From a virus, in the IMG/VR virus record IMGVR_UViG_3300026534_000035, positions 1-64,000 of that record: a stretch of 64,000 nt of DNA; one strand, 5' to 3'. Of the stretch, positions 1 to 8,897 are shown one piece after another (the stretch's first letter is position 1; each line of letters opens with the position of its first letter). Both the position numbers and the translations under genes were made by a program. The notes beneath the pieces are model-generated. The model had not been told where the DNA came from, made no database searches, and worked only from the letters and a program-made list of their open reading frames with translations.

Positions 1-2
1 CT

Positions 3-302
3 AATTATAATGAAATATATACTGGAGACAGTTTTTCAAATAATGTCTGGTACCATGTAGCGGTATCTAGACACGGATCAAACATGTATTTTTTCATAAA
101 TGGAACTAAGGTCTACACATGGGTAATAAGTATAACAGATGCAATAAATACAGGAAGCTCTGGACTCATAATCGGAGCTAGATATGTTAATAATCAATCA
201 GAAATAACAGAATATTTAAATGGAAATTTAGATGAATTGAGGATTTCTAAAGGAGTAGCAAGATGGACAAGTGATTTTACTCCACCTACTGTAGAATACT
301 AA
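3..302 (+). CDS. LamG/concanavalin A-like domain virion protein, 5'-truncated by window edge
   Basis: Frame open from nt 3; WYHVAVSRHGSNMYFFING...YLNGNLDELRISKGVARWTSDFTPP is the typical phage LamG signature. Confidence 0.85.
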   Translation, partial: NYNEIYTGDSFSNNVWYHVAVSRHGSNMYFFINGTKVYTWVISITDAINTGSSGLIIGARYVNNQSEITEYLNGNLDELRISKGVARWTSDFTPPTVEY

Positions 303-323
303 AAAACGTATACTGGAGTCAAT

Positions 324-917
324 ATGAATAACAGTAAAGAAAAAATGAAAAAAGCTATTCACTCAGTAAACGAACAACTTCAGATAATAAGAAGTAATGT
401 GGAGCATTTAACTATAATTGCTGATTTAGATGAGGAGAGTAAAAAATCTTTAGATAATATATCTAATGCAGTTATTGAATGCTCTATGTTAATAAACAAA
501 GAATTTCTCAAACTACCTCAACTTCCGGTTGATAAAGTAACTACTAAAAACATGTTAAAACTTAAAAACAGAAATGTAAGGATTTTAATTATAGAAGATG
601 AGGATGATTTAGCCAGTCTCTTTAGTTCTAATTTAGATTATTTTGGATTAAAAACTTATGCAGTGTCTAATTTTTATGATGGGTTGGATATAATTGAAAA
701 AGAAAAAATAGATATTGTTATCTTAGATATAATGTTACCTGATGCTTATGGTCTTGATTGTATTGATACAATTTTAGAAAAAAATGAGAGTATAAAAATA
801 GTAGTAGTAACTGGTAAAATTGATGAACTTGACAAAGATTTAGATTATTTAAAAGGAAAGTGTTCTATTTTAACTAAGCCGTTTTCAGTAAGAGCTTTGT
901 TGGCAGCAATGCTCTAA
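324..917 (+). CDS. Response-regulator receiver domain protein with N-terminal HisKA-like helical segment
   Basis: REC motifs ILIIEDE, VILDIMLPD, VVVTG, LTKPF; N-terminus AIHSVNEQLQII...SLDNI resembles an H-box hairpin. Confidence 0.85.
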   Translation: MNNSKEKMKKAIHSVNEQLQIIRSNVEHLTIIADLDEESKKSLDNISNAVIECSMLINKEFLKLPQLPVDKVTTKNMLKLKNRNVRILIIEDEDDLASLFSSNLDYFGLKTYAVSNFYDGLDIIEKEKIDIVILDIMLPDAYGLDCIDTILEKNESIKIVVVTGKIDELDKDLDYLKGKCSILTKPFSVRALLAAML

Positions 918-957
918 AATTCTGCCTCTGCGGGCGGAAAGAAAGGAAAGGTAATGT

Positions 958-1179
958 ATGGAACATTTTGATGAATCTAACAATATCGATAATTTAACAA
1001 AGAAGTGGTGGAGTAAAGAGAGACAAGATTTAATCGAAAACATTGAAAAAGCCATTCAAACTACTGCTGCCAACCAAGATGTGTTAGAAATGATGATAGA
1101 TTTAATAAAAAAAACAAGAGTAAAAGTTAGTATGGCTGAATATTTTGAAGAAGAAAGGGGTGAACTAATCATTGAGTAG
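958..1179 (+). CDS. hypothetical protein
   Basis: ORF with AAGG-type RBS, tiles with neighbours. Confidence 0.6.
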   Translation: MEHFDESNNIDNLTKKWWSKERQDLIENIEKAIQTTAANQDVLEMMIDLIKKTRVKVSMAEYFEEERGELIIE

Positions 1180-1387
1180 AAGGGCGTGGACGTATACTGA
1201 AGAACAAACTTTGTTAAAAAATTATAGGGATTGTACTATAAAAGAACTAGAACGGCTTTTACCAACAAGGTCAAGAGACAGTATTAACAAAAAAATTAAG
1301 GTGCTTAAAGCTAAGGGTAAAATAAAAGAAGGAAAATCTGATGAGGCAAAAAACAGAGCCTACATACAAAGAACAAAGGAGATCTAA
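1172..1387 (+). CDS. Myb/SANT-like helix-turn-helix protein
   Basis: RAWTYTEEQTLLKNY...IKELERLLPTRSRDSINKK matches the W-T-x-E-E...R-S/T pattern of Myb-like domains. Confidence 0.65.
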   Translation: MSRRAWTYTEEQTLLKNYRDCTIKELERLLPTRSRDSINKKIKVLKAKGKIKEGKSDEAKNRAYIQRTKEI

Positions 1388-1392
1388 ATACA

Positions 1393-1716
1393 ATGACCGA
1401 TAACCCAGAATTTTTAGAAAAATCTATGTGTAATTCTTGTAAGTATAAAGTGGAAAGAGTAGTGGTTCTATTAGATACTGGTGACTGGAATATAGAAGTG
1501 TTTGATGATGATGCTCTTAATGAAGCAATAGAAAATGGCGACCCAATTCAATTCAAACATTTTTTATGCTCTAAACTTAGTTTAGATTTGGATCATATTG
1601 TAGTCGAGTGCAGCTGTTTTAAACCAAAACGTTCACATAGAACTAACAATGGGTTGATAAAAAATGAACGTGTTTTAGATCTTATAGACGATGATTTATC
1701 TAAAGAAACTAAATGA
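1393..1716 (+). CDS. hypothetical Cys-containing protein
   Basis: GGAG RBS; CxxC plus further Cys. Confidence 0.6.
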   Translation: MTDNPEFLEKSMCNSCKYKVERVVVLLDTGDWNIEVFDDDALNEAIENGDPIQFKHFLCSKLSLDLDHIVVECSCFKPKRSHRTNNGLIKNERVLDLIDDDLSKETK

Positions 1717-2440
1717 AATAGATAAAATAATAGAAAGTTGTTCTGTAGTAAGTAAAGTTTTAAAACATTTAAAAAAACATACTAAACAAGGAATGACAAC
1801 TAAAACACTTAATGTTTTAGCCGAAGAATTAATAAGAGAAGAGAATGCTTTACCAGGCTTTAAAAACTTTAATAACTACCCTTATGCTATTTGTGCATCT
1901 ATAAATGATATAGCTATACAAGGACTTCCCTGTGATAGACAATTAAAAACTGGAGATGTTTTAAAAATAGATGTTGGAGTATTAAAAGACGGATTTTATG
2001 GTGATGCCGCATTCACTATGGGAATTGGTGATATAGATATTGATGATGAAGTTCTTATTAATACTACAAAACAAGCCCTTTATAGTAGTATTTTAGTAGC
2101 TCAGGCAGGAAATACTATTAATTCCATTTCCCATGAAATACAAAAAACTGTTGAAAACAAAAAATTAACTGTCATAAAACAGTATGGCGGGCATGGCATT
2201 GGTAGAAGATTGCATGAGGAGCCGTTTATTAAAAATTTTACTACTAAAATAAATAGAGGACCGTTACTTAAAGAGGGAATGATTATTTGTATAGAACCTT
2301 TAGTAACAAAAGGAACAGACACATTAATTAGAACAGATAATGGTTGGTCAATGCGTACCAAAGATGGGGCCAATACAGCACATTTTGAACACACGGTACT
2401 AATAACAGGAAAATCGGCCGAAATATTAACTAAGAATTAA
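1691..2440 (+). CDS. map: Methionine aminopeptidase type I
   Basis: CASIND, IDVG..KDGFYGD, GHGIG..LHEEP, CIEP, AHFEHT metal-ligand motifs. Confidence 0.95.
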   Translation: MIYLKKLNEIDKIIESCSVVSKVLKHLKKHTKQGMTTKTLNVLAEELIREENALPGFKNFNNYPYAICASINDIAIQGLPCDRQLKTGDVLKIDVGVLKDGFYGDAAFTMGIGDIDIDDEVLINTTKQALYSSILVAQAGNTINSISHEIQKTVENKKLTVIKQYGGHGIGRRLHEEPFIKNFTTKINRGPLLKEGMIICIEPLVTKGTDTLIRTDNGWSMRTKDGANTAHFEHTVLITGKSAEILTKN

Positions 2441-2450
2441 AGGAGAATTA

Positions 2451-2903
2451 ATGAATTACGGATTAAGTTCTAAGCTGAGTGGGGTATATATCCCCTATGA
2501 TTTAGTTAGATCAAAAGAATTTATTGAATGGACCAAAAACCCAGAATTTAGAGTATGGATGTTTCTTCATGGATCAATTGTTAGAGCCAAAATGAAAAGA
2601 CATAAATTAGGTTTATATATTTTTGAAAAATTCTATTTGAACGGGCACGCTGTTTCATGGGCTACTCAAACAAAGATTTCCAATATGTTGAGTTATTCTG
2701 ACAAAAGTTTCGTGTCTCGTCAAATAAAACTATTAAAAAATAAAGGCATAGTAATTGAACACCAAGACAAGTTCAATGGAAAAAGAATTAAGCTTTATGA
2801 AACAGCGGAAGTATTAAGTTCAATGGACCAGCAAGAAGCAGTTTATGCTTTTGCTTATTTTCGGCAAAAAAACGCCGAAAAAAAACTATCAAAATTTTTA
2901 TAA
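2451..2903 (+). CDS. Winged-helix DNA-binding protein, possible replication-initiator N-terminal type
   Basis: ATQTKISNMLSYSDKSFVSRQIKLLKNKGIV HTH pattern; close to palindrome/AT-rich region. Confidence 0.55.
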   Translation: MNYGLSSKLSGVYIPYDLVRSKEFIEWTKNPEFRVWMFLHGSIVRAKMKRHKLGLYIFEKFYLNGHAVSWATQTKISNMLSYSDKSFVSRQIKLLKNKGIVIEHQDKFNGKRIKLYETAEVLSSMDQQEAVYAFAYFRQKNAEKKLSKFL

Positions 2904-2918
2904 AGGAGAATTAAGAAA

Positions 2919-3068
2919 ATGGCAGAAAAAGCTGAAGTAAAACTAGTAGTAAAAATGGGAGAGAAGGTTTATTCTTTGCCAATTGAAAAACTCCCAGAAC
3001 TGATCAAAGGTTATGGTGACGAGGTAGAAGATAAGGGTGTTATCGACACTATTTTGGATTGGTTCTAA
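2919..3068 (+). CDS. small hypothetical protein (49 aa, MAEKAEVKLVVK...ILDWF), absent from ORF track
   Basis: AAGGAG RBS upstream of ATG 2919; TAA 3066-3068. Confidence 0.65.
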   Translation: MAEKAEVKLVVKMGEKVYSLPIEKLPELIKGYGDEVEDKGVIDTILDWF

Positions 3069-3092
3069 TACAAAATAGTAAATAGTGTGCCG

Positions 3093-3157
3093 TTCATTAG
3101 TTGTCTCTCAGACAACTAATGGATGGTTCATTAGTTGTCTGAGAGACAACTAATGAA
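3093..3157. repeat. Nested palindrome: 29-bp inverted repeat whose arms are each palindromic
   Basis: ttcattagttgtctctcagacaactaatg-gatggtt-cattagttgtctgagagacaactaatgaa. Confidence 0.95.
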
Positions 3158-3159
3158 AG

Positions 3160-3280
3160 TTTATACCTTTTAATTAAGAATTAATAAGTTAATATAGTTT
3201 AAAACTAAATTAGGTTAATATAGTTTAAATTAAAATTAGTTTTTGAATTAATAATTTAACTTAAGTGAATTTTTTTTTCG
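3160..3280. other. Very AT-rich tract with 16-bp direct repeat (gttaatatagtttaaa at 3188 and 3214); candidate DNA-unwinding element of an origin
   Basis: Directly follows the nested palindrome. Confidence 0.5.
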
Positions 3281-3317
3281 ATCACCAACAACAAATGGTA
3301 AAAGGGGGATTTGCGCG

Positions 3318-3548
3318 ATGTTGTCAATAGAAGGAAATGTTGATGTGCTGATGGTTAATAAAACACTCACCACAAAACAAATTGGCCGGTCGGATGTGTT
3401 TTTAAACTTTTTCTGGAAAGGTTATAATGTTTCTTGTTACTGGGACGCAAAATCAAAAGAATTTATGTTGATTAATAGTTTATATGAATTTACTGAAGAT
3501 GAATTGGCTATTTTAAAGGCTAATTTTAGTAAAGCTTCTTTTTTATAA
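3318..3548 (+). CDS. hypothetical protein
   Basis: AAGGGGG RBS, ORF. Confidence 0.55.
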   Translation: MLSIEGNVDVLMVNKTLTTKQIGRSDVFLNFFWKGYNVSCYWDAKSKEFMLINSLYEFTEDELAILKANFSKASFL

Positions 3549-3705
3549 CTTGGTTGTTGACTGTTAATAGCCTTATTATGGGCCTAATTCGCTCTGTGTC
3601 GGCTTTTATTCGCTTAGGGTATACCACAGTATGGGTTACTAATAAAAACGCCTTTATGGTCGCGTTGTTGCGTTTAGATAAAATTAACGTTTAGGAGAAC
3701 TCATA

Positions 3706-3894
3706 ATGGTAGATGTAAGTAATATTTTTGGAATAGATATTTCTAATATAAAAAAGATATATTCTGTAGAATCAAGTAGTATATATACTATAGTGGGTAT
3801 TAGTATGAATGCTGGTCAGTCTTCTAACAGCCTTGATTTTGTTTTTTCTAGTTCATATAACCCACCGGATGGTGATTCTGTGGACTTTTTTTAA
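3706..3894 (+). CDS. small virion-associated protein
   Basis: AGGAG RBS; C-terminal FVFSSSYNPPDGDSVDF motif of the kind seen in phage tail proteins. Confidence 0.5.
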   Translation: MVDVSNIFGIDISNIKKIYSVESSSIYTIVGISMNAGQSSNSLDFVFSSSYNPPDGDSVDFF

Positions 3895-3921
3895 ATTTTT
3901 AAACAAAGGACATAGTATAAA

Positions 3922-5451
3922 ATGAGCAAAATATCGGATTATAAGATTGAAAAATTTACAAGTCTCAAAGATACTCCTAATACTTATGACCCAGGTAAAT
4001 ACGTAAAAGTGTTAACTAATGGATTGGATTATGATGTTGTTAATACTTCTACTAGTGGTTCTTCTGGCGGTGGATTAAATTATAATTATTATTTTGATAC
4101 AGCAGTTACAGGTACTGTAGCTAGTGGATGTGTTCAACTAAATGCCACCAATTATCCAGGTGTAAGCGAGGTAAACATAAGTTACTTTGATAAAGATGGG
4201 AATGATTTGTCTAATTGGATTAATAGCTGGGATGATAGTGATAAATCTGTGAAGGGTACATTGACTTTTCAAAGTGTGTCGTATGTAAATAAGTACGCTA
4301 TGTTTAAATTGGAAGAAACAGCTAATACAGTGTTCGGTTCTGGCAAAGATGGCGATGTTACTATTTCAGGGTCGGTAAATTTAAATACAGATATAGTTGC
4401 TTCAGGCAGATCTTACCCAGATATGGTTGCTTATAATGTGTCTTCTGTAGGGGCAAGTTCATGTCAAACAATGGCAACACCAAATGGTATTGTGTCTGGT
4501 GATGCAGTTTTGTTAATAAACTTACAAGGTGCAGGGTCTACTCAAGTCGATAATGTTGGAAATTACGAAATTTTCATTGTAGATTCTGTAGTAAATACAA
4601 CAGTAACTTTTAAATCTAATAAAACAAAACTTTATGGTAATAATGGTGGAGATTCTAATTTAGGTGTATCTCCTTCTAAACAAAGAGTTATGCTGATGAG
4701 AATTCCACAATATAATAACTTGACAATTGAGTCTGGAGCAGAGCTTTCAGGAAAGTCATGGGATGGTACCAAATATGGAGTAGTAGCCTGTATGGTTAAA
4801 AATTCAACTTCAGTAATCGGCTCTGTTGTATCTCCTATTGGTTATAGGGGTACTGGTGATCATGATGGAGAAAGTTACGGTGGTTTTTCTGGACTAGGTG
4901 GCGGCCACAGATATTGGTCAAATGGCAAAGGTGGAGGAAGTGGGGCTTATGCCTCTAATGGGTTGCCTGGTTTAAATGGTGGTTCTCCAGGTGGAACAGC
5001 TTATGGTGTAGCAGATTTATCAAAAATTTATTTTGGGTCAGCTGGCGGCGCCGAAAGTTCTAATAGAGGTGGGCATGGAGGAGGCATAGTTCTACTGTTT
5101 TCTAAAACATTAGATGTTTATGGTAATATCTCATCAAATGGTACTGGAGGGGTGAATTATGGTGGCAGTGGTGCAGGTGGTTCTATTTTATTAAAGTCTA
5201 ATAAATTAGCTGTATATTCTTCAACTATAGAAGCTCTTGGTGCTACTCGTATGAATGCTGGTAGTAATGGAAGAATAGCTATATACTACAATGCTTTAAT
5301 GGATTCTTTATCGGCTGTTAATCCCACGCCTTATACTGATTCTTTGACTTCTGGCGCTGATAAAATAAACTATAATGTTGCTTGGTTAAATAATAGTGGT
5401 AAATTTAATTATAATGAAGAAATAATAGTTTCTTATGCCTATAATTACTAA
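3922..5451 (+). CDS. Tail fibre/adhesin-like protein with glycine-rich domain
   Basis: FTSLKDTP module; FGSGKDGDVTISG, GDAVLLINLQG..VGNYE, RIPQYNNLTI, WDG, GGxGGGIV Gly-rich repeats. Confidence 0.75.
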   Translation: MSKISDYKIEKFTSLKDTPNTYDPGKYVKVLTNGLDYDVVNTSTSGSSGGGLNYNYYFDTAVTGTVASGCVQLNATNYPGVSEVNISYFDKDGNDLSNWINSWDDSDKSVKGTLTFQSVSYVNKYAMFKLEETANTVFGSGKDGDVTISGSVNLNTDIVASGRSYPDMVAYNVSSVGASSCQTMATPNGIVSGDAVLLINLQGAGSTQVDNVGNYEIFIVDSVVNTTVTFKSNKTKLYGNNGGDSNLGVSPSKQRVMLMRIPQYNNLTIESGAELSGKSWDGTKYGVVACMVKNSTSVIGSVVSPIGYRGTGDHDGESYGGFSGLGGGHRYWSNGKGGGSGAYASNGLPGLNGGSPGGTAYGVADLSKIYFGSAGGAESSNRGGHGGGIVLLFSKTLDVYGNISSNGTGGVNYGGSGAGGSILLKSNKLAVYSSTIEALGATRMNAGSNGRIAIYYNALMDSLSAVNPTPYTDSLTSGADKINYNVAWLNNSGKFNYNEEIIVSYAYNY

Positions 5452-5462
5452 GGAGCAAAACA

Positions 5463-5896
5463 ATGCCAGATAAATATACTAAGTTTTTAATGCATGGTGA
5501 TTCAACGAGAACTGGTTTTTCATTAATAGATAAAACAACCATAACTGCTGAACAAAAAATAATAGGGTCCCATTCTATTAAATGTGTCGCATCAGATGAG
5601 TCACATTTAAGTTGGTCGGACTCCTCAATTCAGGTGTATATAGATCTTTTGTAGGTACATGGTCTGGAGGTAATTCAGCATCTGATCCTACTTCTGATAC
5701 TTCAGGAAAATTAAAGATAAGCAGATTTGGTAATACCATACATATGTATTATTGGAATGATAGTTCATGGGTTTCACATAGAGATAATACAGAATATGTT
5801 TCCGGAACAATTGAGATCTCTTTACTTACGGCGACAGAGAATGCGTGCAGCATAACAGTAGATTATGATAATTTTGTAAGATATGCGGTGTTGTAA
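5463..5896 (+). pseudogene. Frameshifted chimera of two lectin-like virion gene fragments
   Basis: RBS+ATG, DKYTKFLMHGD LamG-type N-terminus, frame change near 5625 into an unrelated beta-sandwich C-terminus (GKLKISRFGNTIHMYYW...VDYDNF). Confidence 0.6.
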
Positions 5897-5936
5897 TGAA
5901 TTAAATTATTTATAGAAATAGTTTGAGGAGAAGACC

Positions 5937-7604
5937 ATGGGTATTTCGTATAAGTCTTACCGAAGCAGTAAGATTCCCAAAAAGAATGCTATTAATTCTA
6001 ATAGTCAAGAAGTAGTTACTGAAAATGGAATTAAAAATTATGTAGATTCCCACTCTAGTACGGCCTCAGGAACTGCAACAGAATGGGATCTTGTTTCATC
6101 TAGTAGCCAAGCAGTTGAGGGGCATGGTTATTTGGTGGATACTTCTGCGGGTGAGGTTACGTTGACATTACCTTCTTCGCCATCAACCGGAGATAAAATT
6201 TCTATAGTTGATTTAAAGGGTACTTTTGATACTCATAAATGCATTGTAGCAAGAAATTCAAACAAAATAATGAGTCTTAATGAAGACCTGGAATTGATTA
6301 ATGAAAATAATTCGATTAGTCTTGTATATTCTAACTCCAGTGAAGGTTGGAGAGTAGTAGATTCTACTCCGCTGAGTTCTGATGAGAATTCAGTAATAAA
6401 TGCTCCATTACTTCATATTCAAGAGCAGCAGCCTAATGGAACAAATGCGGGCAATTCTGTTTCTGGAATGAATCAAAGAACTTTAAATACTGTTGTTACT
6501 AATGAAATTTCAGGAGCCTCTTTAAGCTCTAATATGGTTACTTTACCAGCTGGTACTTATTGGTTAGAATGTAATGTTCCTGGTTGGGGAAGTGGTGCTT
6601 ATCACAAACTACTAATACGGGATGCTAGTGATAATAACTTACTGTTTGCTACTGGACCTTACTTGAATAATGGGACGGCTAATAACATAATTATTAGTGA
6701 TAGATTAAGTCTTACAACGACAACTACAATAAAAGTCGTTCATTATATAAGCTCTGGTGCTACAGATGGTTTAGGCAGAAAGGGTGATAATGCGTCAGCT
6801 ACTGGAGCCCCAGAAGTCTATACGGATTTAAAAATTTGGCGCCTGGACCAAAAGATTCAAACACCTGTAGTGGCCAAGCCCCCTAATACAGTTGTTTCTG
6901 GAGTCCTTGTTACTGGAAATATAATGGGCTTAGATTATGAAATGAGTAGTGGTAGTCCTGATGATACTGTAGTTATTAAACCTGGTTCGTGTATGGATGA
7001 TACTTTACAAGAAGAAATAATACTAACTTCTAACACAAATTTAGTTTTATCTTCGCCTAATATTAATACCATTTACCATTTATTTGTTACCAAAACATCT
7101 GGAGTGGTAGGTGTAGCTTATGATAGTGATGAAAATGGTGTAAATGTGACTGCAGATTATAAAAGATGGGTTGGTTTTGTTAGAACAAATAGTAGTGGTG
7201 ACATTTGTAAATTTGTAATGCAAGATAATTTATATTTTAATACACGTGCTTCAGAATCAATTGCTATTGATAGTATAACAACAACTTCAACTTTTGCTCT
7301 TATAGATATTTCTAATATTGTGCCTATTAATAGAATTAATGGTGTTATCATGGGCGCAAAAAGTAATAATACATCAACTTATATAGTGAACTTTAGTTCT
7401 GATGGTATAGGCACTGGAATGAGTATCGCAGCTACACCTAGCAATTGGGCATCTAGAGTAGACGATGGTGATTCCGCATTTTTAGCTCATAATTATTCTA
7501 ATGCGACAATTATGTTGTATAATAGTGGATTATATATAAATAATGGTAAGGAAACATCAGGTTCAGTTAAAATTTTGGTTAGGGGAGCTACTTTAAAAAG
7601 ATAA
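5937..7604 (+). CDS. Tail fibre protein
   Basis: VDTSAGEVTLTLPSSP..GW module, TLPAGTYW domain; paralog of next gene. Confidence 0.75.
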   Translation: MGISYKSYRSSKIPKKNAINSNSQEVVTENGIKNYVDSHSSTASGTATEWDLVSSSSQAVEGHGYLVDTSAGEVTLTLPSSPSTGDKISIVDLKGTFDTHKCIVARNSNKIMSLNEDLELINENNSISLVYSNSSEGWRVVDSTPLSSDENSVINAPLLHIQEQQPNGTNAGNSVSGMNQRTLNTVVTNEISGASLSSNMVTLPAGTYWLECNVPGWGSGAYHKLLIRDASDNNLLFATGPYLNNGTANNIIISDRLSLTTTTTIKVVHYISSGATDGLGRKGDNASATGAPEVYTDLKIWRLDQKIQTPVVAKPPNTVVSGVLVTGNIMGLDYEMSSGSPDDTVVIKPGSCMDDTLQEEIILTSNTNLVLSSPNINTIYHLFVTKTSGVVGVAYDSDENGVNVTADYKRWVGFVRTNSSGDICKFVMQDNLYFNTRASESIAIDSITTTSTFALIDISNIVPINRINGVIMGAKSNNTSTYIVNFSSDGIGTGMSIAATPSNWASRVDDGDSAFLAHNYSNATIMLYNSGLYINNGKETSGSVKILVRGATLKR

Positions 7605-7647
7605 CCAAGATTTAAAAAGACAGTATAAAATATTATGGGAGTAAATT

Positions 7648-8877
7648 ATGTCTAAAATTGGAGAGTTTTTTGGGAACCATAAACAATATGAACATACACC
7701 ATTACTTCATATACAAGATCAAAAACCAAATGGTACTCATGGTGGTGCATCGGCGGCGGGAATGAATCAAAGAACTTTAAATACCGTTGTTACTAATGAA
7801 ATACCTGGTGCCAGTCTTAGTAATAATTTAGTTACTTTACCAGCAGGCACTTATTGGATAGATGCTAGAGCTCCTCACTATCAGTCAGGTCGATCTAAAT
7901 TAATGATAATGGATTCCAATGGTACTGTTTTATTATTCAGTTCTGGTACCCATTCTGGCAGTAGTAGCTCTACTGCACTTTATAGTATAGTTTCAGGAAG
8001 GGTAGTTTTAACCTCTACTACAACTATTAAAGTTTCACAATATTTACAAGTATCCGCTGCTACTTATGGTCTGGGAGTAGAGGGTGATAATAATAATGGG
8101 ACTAGTGTAGGAGAGGTGTACACAGATTTAAGGATTTGGAAATTGGATGCTATAAAAACTTCACCTGTTATTAGTAATTTAAATCTTTATCCTTTACCTA
8201 GTAATAGTATGGTGACAGGTAATATGCATGGGCTAGAATATAATATGAATTCAAGCAGCCCTGATGATACTGTTGATATTACTCCAGGTATTTGTTATGA
8301 TAGTACTAATAATCAAGTTCTAACTTTAAGTAATCAAGCCACCGCACAGCTATCTTCACCCACCACCAATAGTATTTATCATTTGTTTTTATGCTATGAT
8401 GGAACTAATACCGCTTGTCATTTTGATTCAGATGAAAACGCTACTACTTTATTAGCAGGCCAATGGACACATGTGCGTTGGTTAGGTTTTGTTAGAACAA
8501 ATAGTAGTGGTAACATTTGTAAATTTGCCAGTAATGGAAACATGATAATTTTTACTAAAGCCACCGAAAACGAGGTAGCTAGTATGACTACTACGTGGAC
8601 ACAGATAGACCATTCATCTGTGATTCCAGTTAATAGGGTTGAAGGTATAGTCTATGGTATGACTAACGGCGATAATAATGGGTTGTGCATTTCATATGAC
8701 GCCACAAATGTAGCTGGAAAGGTTACTAAAGGAGCCGCATCTTCATATAATGACACTAATGTCAAAGTTTGGGGCGGGGATTATGGATTATTTATGCCGT
8801 TTTATTCAGATATGTATTTTAAATTAGACAGTGGCACAGGTAATTTAGCGGTTCATGTGATATTATTAAAAAGATAG
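7648..8877 (+). CDS. Tail fibre protein, paralog of the C-terminal ~400 aa of 5937..7604
   Basis: Shared PLLHIQ.Q.PNGT, GMNQRTLNTVVTNEI, RW.GFVRTNSSG.ICKF, LKR end. Confidence 0.75.
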   Translation: MSKIGEFFGNHKQYEHTPLLHIQDQKPNGTHGGASAAGMNQRTLNTVVTNEIPGASLSNNLVTLPAGTYWIDARAPHYQSGRSKLMIMDSNGTVLLFSSGTHSGSSSSTALYSIVSGRVVLTSTTTIKVSQYLQVSAATYGLGVEGDNNNGTSVGEVYTDLRIWKLDAIKTSPVISNLNLYPLPSNSMVTGNMHGLEYNMNSSSPDDTVDITPGICYDSTNNQVLTLSNQATAQLSSPTTNSIYHLFLCYDGTNTACHFDSDENATTLLAGQWTHVRWLGFVRTNSSGNICKFASNGNMIIFTKATENEVASMTTTWTQIDHSSVIPVNRVEGIVYGMTNGDNNGLCISYDATNVAGKVTKGAASSYNDTNVKVWGGDYGLFMPFYSDMYFKLDSGTGNLAVHVILLKR

Positions 8878-8897
8878 AATAATAAGAGGTATAAAAT

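Noticed and set aside
3612-3640. dif/XerCD site
   Set aside because: Inverted ATA/TAT spacing and arm sequences do not fit the dif consensus
5937-8877. Diversity-generating retroelement TR/VR pair
   Set aside because: Both copies are in coding paralogs, differences are not adenine-specific, and no reverse transcriptase is present
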